Source: Octopus bimaculoides (lineage: Eukaryota). Taken from it: a DNA stretch of 64,000 nt. Below are positions 53,840 to 64,000 of the stretch, piece after piece (position 1 is the stretch's first letter; every line of letters begins with the position of its first letter). Location of the stretch: the NCBI RefSeq assembly GCF_001194135.2, contig NC_068986.1, positions 25,352,925 to 25,416,924 on the forward strand, read 5' to 3'. The notes beneath the pieces were generated by a model. It searched no databases and was not told where the DNA came from. It worked only from the letters and a program-made list of their open reading frames with translations. Both the position numbers and the translations under genes were made by a program.

Positions 53840-54142
53840 AATATATAAACAATATATGAGTATATGCATATATATGTACATGTATGTATATACGTTCATC
53901 CACATGTACATATAGATACATAACTGGGTAAATGACGTGGCAAAAGAACAAGGACAAAAATGGTAAACAAGGTGCAACAAACAAGCAGGCCACGTAGAAA
54001 CATCAATATAATATAAATATAAGGCTTTGGTCGGCCCGAGGCTATAGTAGAAGACACTTGCCCAAGGTGCCACGCAGTGGGACTGAACCCGGAACCATGT
54101 GGTTGGTAAGCAAGCTATTTACCACACAGCCACTCCTGCGCC
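53254..54142 (-). mobile_element. Family B SINE spanning a gap, with unrelated sequence at about 53920-54020
   Basis: Tail and head both match family B. Confidence 0.8.
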
Positions 54143-56265
54143 TTTTCGTATATGAAAATAAAACAAACAAAAAATACAGCGTTGGATATGACACAATATG
54201 TTACATAACATAGGTTTCAAATTTTAGCACAAAGCCAGCAATTTAGGGGGTGGGGGGCAAGTTGATTACACTGACCCCAGTGCTTGATGTTAGGAAGGGC
54301 CTCCAGCTGTATAAACCATGCCAAAAGAGACAGTGGAGCTTGGTGCAGTCCTCTGGCTTGCCAGCTCCTGTCAAACCATCCAACTCATGCCATTGTGCGA
54401 AATGGATGTTAAATGATAATGATGATGATGATGATGATGATAATGATTATGATGATGGCGGCGGCAGTGGTGGTGGTGGTGGTGGTGATGGTAGTGGCGG
54501 CGGCGGCGGCGGTGGTGGTGGCAGCAGCGGTAGCGGCACATCATCATCATCATCATCATCATTATTCAGGTATATCCAACTTGTCTACTTAACTAACAAG
54601 ATGTATCTCGTAAAAAACACTCGATAGATGGCAACATGGAAGTTACCTTTGTGTTCTCCTGTGACAGTTCCATGGCAAGCATGTTACAGGAGAAATGAAT
54701 GAAGAGATCTGTAGAACTATGTAAAGCATTGAACTCAAAAACTGAAATGCTGTTGGCAGAAAATGTTAATAAGTATAACGTTCCCCTTTTTTTGGTATTA
54801 TATTTCTCATCACTTCCTTTCTTCAAGAAATGAAGGAAGTAAGAATGTTTAACGTGTAAACCAGTTTATGGCGCCAGCAAGAAAAGATGCTTCAGTAAAC
54901 AGAAAACTCAATAATTAATCTAATTTGCATATATTAAAATGAAAATTTTGTTTTGAGGGGGGAAAATTTTCATGTTATCTCTTTGGGCAGTGCAGAAGAT
55001 TATGAATTAAAATATCTTCAGGTCATTGTTATTTATCTAAAATCATATGCATGTTTCAGCAAATTTTGAAAAACATGCCATTTTTTTCCCTTTTGTAGTT
55101 CGTTATTTTTTTGTTTTTTTTGTTTTTTACTATTTTTGAAAATTCACTTGTTGTTGAAGAAGACTTTTATATTTTTGCTTTCTTTTAAGCCGCCTCCTCC
55201 TCCTCCTATACCTCCTCCTCTCCTCCTCTTTCAGTGCCGCATTATTTTCCATCTTATATTTAATTTTGGTATGTTCTTGTGATGTAAAATATAACCGTAA
55301 TTATGTGTTGTGGCAGACGGTAGTTGTCATCAGTAATAAAGCCCCAGCTTTAGATGTAAATGCCCCAGGGAGAGGATTCAATGTGAAAATGAATGAAAAG
55401 AAAAGAAAAGAAAAAAATGGAATAAGAAAAATCCCAACAAACTATTTCATATAGAAGACATTAAAAAGAACAGATTTTCTTAACAACAACAACAACAAAA
55501 ATACAAAAGAAATTGTAATTGAGTAGTTTAGTGTTATACAAGAGATATATTATATGAAGTTAACCAACTGTGTATTCAATAACAGTTCGTAGATGCAGGA
55601 CCAAGATACGATGCTTTTCATCCTGGTCTAAGACCAATCCACACACTCAAGCAAGATATGCCTTGTACAGAGAACACTGCAGAGGTTGTGACATCAGTCA
55701 ATAATTCCCTGATGTCATTTGCATGCAGAATGATACATAAAATTAACATATTTAACCCTTAACTTCTTGTGCCTTTAAGTTGATGAAAGATCCCTGATGA
55801 CTACCTTGATAAGTGTCGCGTACTTGCCACGGAACTGTCACCGACGAATTCCAAGGTAACTTCCATGTTGCCTTCTTTTTGGGTATGTTTTACAAGATAC
55901 ATCTTGTTTGTTAAGTAGACAGGTTGGCCATACCTGAATGGAGTACCATCATCATCATTTAACATCCATTTTCCATCACTGGTATGGGATTTATAGTTTG
56001 ACAGGAGCTGGCAAGCCAGAGAACTGCTCCAGTCTCCACTGTCACTTTTGGCATGTTTTTTTTTTTTATGGTTGAATGCCCTTCCTAATGCCAACCACTT
56101 TACAGAGTGGACTGGGTGCTTCCCTCTTTATAAATTCTTGTGAGGGATTTATAAAGAGGAAAGTAGATAAGGCATTGAACTCTCTATTGAAGGGTCATGT
56201 TCACATAATCATACGCATTAGTTTAATAATTGTGCATGAAAGTGTGTGTGTGTTACCATCATCGA

Positions 56266-56315
<50 letters not shown>

Positions 56316-56459
56316 AGGTGCAGGAGTGGCTGTGTAGTAAGAAGCTTGCTCAGAGCTTATAATTTTTTAATTTTTTATTATGTGATGTCTTTTTCTTACT
56401 TGTTCCTCATTATATATGTTTGTAAACTGAAACTATTTCCCCCCACAGTAAATTGAAGA

Positions 56460-56677
56460 GTAGGCACAGTGAATTCGAGACGGGATGTGCACTAAGAGGA
56501 AGCTAGACAGCGACTGATGTTCCCCTGCTGATGCTCCCAGCTTGTTACCAAACATTGCCAGCTTGCATGTTTGTTATTCAAGATACTGTTTGTCACCCAA
56601 GATATTTTATGCTAGAAAAATTGTTTGTAAACCGATTTGTTCATAATGGGAAGCATTCATAAACTGGGGTTCCACTG
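56460..56677 (-). mobile_element. Tigger/pogo-like terminal fragment
   Basis: Reverse complement begins cagtggaacccc-agtttatgaa..atgaacaaatcggtttacaaac, resembling Tigger-type termini. Confidence 0.5.
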
Positions 56678-57038
56678 AATCCAGGACTTGAACAAAATGT
56701 TGCCATCCACAACTACTGTAATAATGGTTTCAAATTTTGACACAAGGCCAGCAATTTGGGGGAAGGGAGTAAGTCAATTACATTGACCCCAATGCTCCAC
56801 AAGTACCTGTTTTATCAATCCCAAAAGGATGAAAGGCAAAGTTGACCTCAATGGGATTTGAACTCAGAATGTAAAGACAGATGAAATGCAGCTAAGCATT
56901 TTGCCTGGTGCAGTAATGATTCTAATAAAAGAATTATATGAAAAAGAAAAATGGCTGCTCTTTTCACTCTTTGATAATGATTTCTCAACATAAGGGAAGA
57001 AGGAATATGTAGAAGTGATTCTCCTCACTTAAGTAGCA

Positions 57039-57125
<87 letters not shown>

Positions 57126-57151
57126 ACATGTAATAGCTCCCAGTGAACAAA

Positions 57152-57192
<41 letters not shown>

Positions 57193-57421
57193 GAACTGTA
57201 AAAGTGCTTGATACACATCTGGAGAAAAGTGATTAATATTGGTTAATTAGGATTTGATGTAATTACTCTGTTTCACACAGTTCTATCTGTTATACTGACT
57301 ATAATCAATGAAACTATATGAAACCAATGGTATAAGATTAATAAAAGCCTTAGTGTTCATACATCTTTATGGACAAAGGAACATTTTTAAAACACACACT
57401 TTGAATGTTGATTATTCAGCT

Positions 57422-58390
57422 GTCATGCTGTCCTCACAGCGAATGCATATGATCCTGCACAGTGGCCTTGTGTGAAACTGTTCCAGCTATTTGATGTGCC
57501 TGTGTTACAGGGTCCATGTTTGACATCCATAGAGTAGTGTAGAAATGACTACAACCTTGTAGGTCTTGACCTTTGTTGATAGTCTGATGCCTTTCTGCTG
57601 GAGGACTTTTTAGTTTTAATCTTCCAAGTGCTTGGCTAGTCTTGTGGATTCTGGATAAAATTTCACTGTCCAATGATCCATCAGCTGAGATTGTGCTGCC
57701 AAGAGGTGCTGGACAGAGCTTGTTCGACAAGCATTGAGTCAATGTTGCCGAAGGCTCAGTTACGCTGGATTGGTCATGTCATCACAATGACTGACGACAA
57801 CCGTGTGCCCAAACAGCTGTTGTATGGCAAGCTCACGCAGGACTCATACAAACGAGGAAGACCTAAACTGGGGTGCAAAAGCACAGTGAAAGATAACCTC
57901 AAATGGAGCAGCATTAGCCCATGTGAACTCAAAGTCTCTGCCACAGACAGATCAGCGTGGAAGTCTCACACCTTACAAGCAGCAGCTGCCTTCGAAGAGG
58001 ACCAGCGACAACATCTCAATGCTATAAGAGGAAGCTGTCAGAGGGTAGCATCTGCCTTAACCCTTTAGCATTCAGATCACTCCGTCAAATGTAAAGCCTG
58101 TTTAATTACATTGTTTTAAATCAATTGCACAGCATCTTGAAACGCTGAGATTTTGATGACGTCCCTGCTTATTTTTAGAATGAGTTTGTAGGGTAGGTGT
58201 GAGAGGTCAGAGCTGGCTGGTTTGAGCATAAAACAGGAAGACAATTTTGGCCTGATATGGCCGGTTTAAGCACCAAAGGGTTAATCCAGTCAAAAGACTA
58301 TCACTGTGACACCTGTGGGTGCCTGTGTGCTTCCAGCTTTGGACTGCGGTGTCACATGCACTCTCATTGCTGACGCTGGTGGACTACCTA
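57422..58390 (+). mobile_element. Decayed RTE-clade LINE 3' end with a 5' inversion
   Basis: Plus strand gives QEVLDRA..SIESML..QLRWIGHV..RVPKQLLYGKL..RGRPK and a terminal CDTCGCLCASSFGLRCHMHSH finger. The minus-strand piece 57422-57707 gives LGSTISADGSLDSEILSRIHK. Confidence 0.88.
58061..58280. mobile_element. 220-bp piggyBac-like MITE inserted in the RTE
   Basis: TTAA|CCCTTTAG...CCAAAGGG|TTAA. Removing it and one TTAA restores the RTE reading frame (SAL|IQSKDYHC). Confidence 0.85.
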
Positions 58391-59401
58391 TCATCGTTTA
58401 ATTGTACTTATGTGTTTGCAAGTAAATAGTCAAACACAGTGTTTGACTGAACATGTTTGAGAGCACATTTTCTGATTCTTCTCCAGTGATATATATATAA
58501 AAAAAAGAAAACAACCTTGCAATATATTATTCTAAACAATCTATTGTCTATTGAACCTATAGCAGGAATGCAGTAATACTGGTAGGAATAGAGGTGGAGA
58601 CCAGAAGTGGTGGCAGTTGTAGCAGCATTTGTGGCTATTGTAGTTGTAGGGGTGGTAGTGATAGTGGTGGTGGTGGTGGCATTGGTGGTGGTGTTGGTAG
58701 TGGTGGTAGTGGTGGTGTTGTTGTTGTTGGTGTTGTTGTTGTTGTTGGTGGTGGTGGTCGTAGTCGTGGTGGTAATAGTGGTAGTGATAGTAGTAGAGGT
58801 AATTTTACTAGTTATTCATCCTGGTGGCAAATAAAAGTAATCATTATTATTATTATACTTAGGGATGGTCATATTTTTGCCAATTATTAGTATTATTATT
58901 TTTCTTAAATACTTTTTCACAAAAGAATGACTGTCAGTCAATTTCCACGGCACTTAGTTTATTGCAATTTGTACAAAAGAAAGGAAAACTGCAGACAATT
59001 CTTGGCATTGAATTATTAACTAATTTAATACCCCAAAGTAATTTGCTATAATTACTAACTGGTTCAATGGTTGAAATGTGTAGGAAGATTTTTCTGTCTG
59101 TAGCTTATTCAATAGACTTTGGGATATTTCTGATCTATAATTTATGTTCTATTCTCATCATTAAGATAGTATTGTTAATGTGGTTTTTTTTCTTCGTTTG
59201 TTTGTTTGTTTGTTGTTGCTTATTCCCATGTTAGTGCTGATCAAGCAGAACTATGATCAAAGACGGCGATCATGCCGTTTTTGGTTAAGGTTAATGTAGT
59301 CTTGTCTCAGACTACATTAACCTTGATGCAAACCTTTCTTTCTCTTTCAAAAGTTATAGGATTGTCGTTTGAGGGAAATTTGGCTGTTATTTCTAGAAGA
59401 T

Positions 59402-59470
59402 CAGCAATACCCAACCTCTTCTGCACTGTGGACTGGTTTCGTGTGAGACAATGATTTTTCCATGGACTTG
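59402..59470 (+). mobile_element. hAT/Charlie-like terminal fragment
   Basis: cagcaatacccaacctcttctgcactgtggactggtttcgtg..gacaatgatttttccatggac resembles MER1-type Charlie left ends. Confidence 0.5.
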
Positions 59471-61554
59471 AGGTGCACACACATAACAAAACACAATAAA
59501 ATGCATACTATATAATTATTACATATATAATTCATATTGGCTTCAAATTTCGGTACACGGCTAGCAGTTTTGCTTGGGGGTTTAAGTCAATTATATTGGC
59601 CCCTGTATTTAACTGGTACTTATTCTAGCAACCCTGAAAGGATGAAAGGCAAAGTCAAGCCCAGCAGAATTTGAACACAACATGCAGCCCGGTCCGGGAT
59701 TCGAACTCACAACCTCACGATTGTAAGCTCGACGCTCTAACCACTAAGCCATGTGCCTTCATCATCATCATCATCATCATCATCGTTTAACGTCCGCTTT
59801 CCATGCTAGCATGGGTTGGACGATTTGACTGAGGACTGGTGAAACCGGATGGCAACACCAGGCTCCAGACTGATTTGGTAGAGTTTCTACAGCTGGATGC
59901 CATTCCTAACGCCAACCACTCAGNNNNNNNNNNNNNNNNNNNNNNNNNNNNNNNNNNNNNNNNNNNNNNNNNNNNNNNNNNNNNNNNNNNNNNNNNNNNN
60001 NNNNNNNNNNNNNNNNNNNNNNNNNNNNNNNNNNNNNNNNNNNNNNNNNNNNNNNNNNNNNNNNNNNNNNNNNNNNNNNNNNNNNNNNNNNNNNNNNNNN
60101 NNNNNNNNNNNNNNNNNNNNNNNNNNNNNNNNNNNNNNNNNNNNNNNNNNNNNNNNNNNNNNNNNNNNNNNNNNNNNNNNNNNNNNNNNNNNNNNNNNNN
60201 NNNNNNNNNNNNNNNNNNNNNNNNNNNNNNNNNNNNNNNNNNNNNNNNNNNNNNNNNNNNNNNNNNNNNNNNNNNNNNNNNNNNNNNNNNNNNNNNNNNN
60301 NNNNNNNNNNNNNNNNNNNNNNNNNNNNNNNNNNNNNNNNNNNNNNNNNNNNNNNNNNNNNNNNNNNNNNNNNGAAATGGTGTCTTTTATGTGCCACCCG
60401 CACAAGCCAGTCCAGGGGCACTGGCAACGATCTCACTCGAAAATCCTACGAGAGCCAGTCAGGCGGTACTGGCAACGGCCACGCTCAAAATGGTGCATCT
60501 CATGTGCCACCCGCACAAGAGCCAGTCCAGGGGCACTGGCAACGATCTTACTTGGCTTGCCGGGTCTTCTCACGCACAGCACATTTCCAAAGGTCTCGGT
60601 CAGTAGTCATCGCCTCGGTGAGGCCCAATGTACATATATATGTATATATATATATATATACATATATGTATGTATGTATATGTATATATATGTATGTCTG
60701 TATGTATATATGACAGGTTCTTTCAGTTTCTGTCTACCAAATTTACTCACAAGGCTTTGGCCAGCCCAAGGCTCTAGTAGAATTTTACCAAAATTCTAAG
60801 TTAAGGGGTGTAAACAAACCAACACTAGTTGTTAAGGTGTAAGGAGAGGTGACCAACACAAAAACATATACACATAGGCTTTTCATTTATATATATATGC
60901 ATGTGTGTGTGTGTGTATGTGTGTGTGCTTGTGTACATGACAGGCTTCTTCACAGTTTCTGTCTACTAAATTCACTCACAAGGCATTGGTTGGCCTGTAG
61001 CTATAGTAGAAGACATTTCCCCTATCTATGTGCTGTACAGTGAGACTGAACCTGAAAGCACATGGTTGCAAAGTGAGCTTCTTAACCACACAGCCATGTT
61101 TACACCTAGTTAACAACGAAACAAAAATACTTTTAGTTATTACTCTAACTAGAAATGTAGCACTTACAGCCGATACACCGATAATATATCTCCAGGTTTG
61201 TTACTATGTTATCTAACATGTTTGCTTATTCATTCCGCATGTATCTTCACATGTCTCCAATTTATCTCTTGATCTCTTCAGTGGTTTTGTTGCAGGTGTT
61301 GATACTTGTAAAAATGATAAAAATATAAACTGCAACTCACTGCAAACAGCTTTGACTTACTACTAACAACCCAACAATCTGTTTGTTTAAATTTGAGAAA
61401 AATTTCAAATAACTTCTAATGAAATCTGATGTTTTAATCAATGAATGATGTTGAATTTAAGTAGCTTAATTCACATCTTGAATTTCTTGAAACCATCCTA
61501 TTTCTACCCATCCACATGTTAACTTTGCTTACTGACAACGAGCTGATGAGTTGT

Positions 61555-61905
61555 TCTTTTACTTGTTTCAGTCATTTGATTGCGGCCATGCTGGAGCACC
61601 GCTTTTAGTTGAACAAGTCGACCCCCGGACTTATTCTTCGTAAGCCTAGTACTTATTCTATCCGTCTCTTTTGCTGAACTGCTAAGTTACGGGGTCGTAA
61701 ACACATCAACATCGGTTGCCAAGCGATGGTGGAGGGACTAACACACACACACATATATGATGGGCTTCTTTCAGTTTCCGTCTACCAAATCCACTCACAA
61801 GGCTTTGGTCAGCCCAAGACTATAGTAGAAGACACTTACCCAAGGTGCCATGCAGTGGGACTGAACCCAAAACCATGTGGTTGGGAAGCAAGCTTCTTGC
61901 CACAC
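61555..61905 (-). mobile_element. Family B SINE. Further copies at about 1610-1880, 4400-4550, 8195-8340, 14460-14620, 15850-16070, 16395-16530, 17540-18090, 29930-30080, 35390-35990, 39170-39330, 40000-40290, 47762-48120, 60710-61100 and 63981-64000
   Basis: Shared diagnostic motifs with the 40567 copy. Confidence 0.8.
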
Positions 61906-63624
61906 CTAATATTTATTAACATCTACTTTAACATTTATCTACCCTCCCATCCTTTCCTTTTCTCTGTCCCTATTCTATCACTCACATTCATTGGCATTAG
62001 GAAGAGCATCCAGCAATAGAAACTATGTCAAAGCAGGCGTTGGAGCTCATTATAGCTGCATAGTTCATCACTTCATGTTTATTCATCCAGCATGTGTCAA
62101 CATGAAAACAATGATGCTAAATGATGATGATGATGGTCTACTACATAACTTACTATAAAGTCATCCTAAGAATTATATCTGTCTCAATTCGGTCCAGACA
62201 ATCTGACAAATTACTTATACATAAAGATATCAGCTGCATCAGTAGTCTTGTTTAACCCCAAACATTGTGCTAGACGACACAGTATCAATTATAAATGCGG
62301 AAAAACTGCTATGGGTGCAATCTGACTTAAGTACACTCTGCCTGCTTATTTTATCAACCCCAGAAAAATGAAAGGTAAAAATAAGTAGAAGTTGTAGGGT
62401 TGGAACTGACAACATCAAGGGACCTAACTAAATCTCAGTAACAGCCAACCATTTCTGTCAATAACTGAACTAATAATGGTCCTTTTGGCACAAAGCCAGC
62501 AATTTTGTGGTAGGGGCTAAGTCGATTACATCGACTCCAGTGCTCAACTGGTACTTATTTTATTGACCTCAAAAGGATGAAAGGTAAAGTTGACCTCGGT
62601 GAAATGTATAGCTAGGTGAAATGCCATTAAGCGTTTTTGTCCCACATGCTCATGATTCTGCTAGATTGCTACCTTGAACTGAACTCGTAATAATAATTTG
62701 TATTTCTAACATTGGAAGAAAGCTGGAATGTTATATCTACCCAGGTGAAAGTGTGTCGACAAATGGTTATACAAAAAGTTAGACCCAGCCTGAACACACT
62801 GGGTCATTTAAACAGACTGGGTGTTGCCAATTATTTTTTATGCTCATGATCACAAGATTGTAGTTTCGATTCCTGGACCGGGTAGTGCATTTGTGTTCTT
62901 GAGCAAAACACTTCATTATACATTGCTCCAGTCCATTCATCTGTAATTGACTAGTGCCCTTTTCAGCGGGAATGTTCATGATCTCAGTCACTGATATGCC
63001 AAGGAAACTTGATAACTGGCCCTATGAGCTTTAGGACTCAAGACAGTAATGTCCAGCATTGCATGATGGTGATGGTGATGATCATGATCATCATCATCAT
63101 GATGATGATTACGAGGACTTAACTGGCATTTTATTTTATTGATTTCCAAAAGGATGAAAGGCAAACTTGACCTCGATGGGATTTGGACTCAGGATATAAG
63201 GAGCTTGAACAAATATTGCTAGACGTCTTTTGTTCCGATGTGCCAATAATAATATCACTTTAGCTGTATTATATAGAACCATCTATTGACAGAAATGTTC
63301 ACACTTGCATATACACATGCGCATGCGTGTGTGTATGTATGTCTGCATGTGTTAGTAATCTTGTGCTTAAGTATGTACACAAGAATGAGTCCCTGTATGT
63401 GATGCAGAATTGAATATTTCATGTCTCGATCTGTTTTCCAGTTACTTGTTAGTTTTTTTTTTAATGCAAAAGACTACATTAATAAGACATTAATATCAAA
63501 ACCCAGTTCTGCCAAATTTTCCTAATTGATTGACACTTTAGTAGTTTTGTGTAATTTCAATCTGATAATTGCTTGCCCAAGGACAATGTTGAAATGATTG
63601 TTATTATTAACATATTATTTTTAT

Positions 63625-63972
63625 TTATTACCTACACCTTAGCAAAGGCAGAGGTATTGTTTTGTCATATCTGTTTGTTTGTCCTTGGACAAGATACCTC
63701 AAGAACTGCTGGATGGATTTGTATGAAACTTGCAGGAATGTTTGACCTCGTGACTGGCATGAACTGATTAGATTTTGGGATCGATCCAGTACTGGACAAC
63801 GATTCTGGATTATTTTTCCAGTTATTTTTTTACTTCACTTTTGAGAGCGGTCAGGTTCATTTTTAGTATTCTCGTTTGTGAGAGCAATTGAGTATATTTC
63901 AGATATTCTCATTTTAGAAATTATCTCCAGCTAATCATTGAGAGGACGTTGGTGTTGCCTTGACAGAGGTTT
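63625..63972 (+). mobile_element. Helentron-associated (HINE/DINE-1-like) non-autonomous element
   Basis: Begins ttattacc with a degenerate hairpin cctacacctt-agca-aaggcagagg, then tctgtttgtttg and ggatttgtatgaaacttgcagg. A subterminal inverted repeat gccttgacagagg lies at 63957-63969. Confidence 0.6.
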
Positions 63973-64000
63973 ATGTATATATAGGTGCAGGAGTGGCTGT

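Noticed and set aside
61305-61380. Acceptor-like ttgttgcag followed by a short open frame
   Set aside because: About 24 codons with no recognisable homology; AG-preceded frames like this are common by chance.

Overview
Repeat-dense, gene-poor animal DNA from a gapped short-read assembly (16 N-runs, mostly next to microsatellites). The SINE families and microsatellite load point to an octopus or other coleoid cephalopod; this is inference, not a database result. The only convincing gene is an intronless 307-aa class A (rhodopsin-like) GPCR at 24917-25840 (+). The rest is a mosaic of at least four tRNA-headed SINE families, a (GAT)n-tailed retroposon, decayed LINEs (RTE, Rex3/Expander-like, R4/Dong-like), DNA-transposon relics (piggyBac-like MITE, hAT, Tigger, Helentron-type) and simple repeats. 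The most interesting signal is two different small non-coding elements, found next to (TA)n tracts, that each carry a minimal type-I hammerhead ribozyme fold with a non-canonical catalytic core. One has a CCGACGA core (31360-31605 and 42631-42902), with a covarying base pair between its two copies. The other has a CUGUUGA core (10167-10353 and 4231-4369). They resemble Penelope pseudo-LTRs or retrozymes. SINE family labels A-F are mine, and many repeat boundaries are approximate (read by eye).
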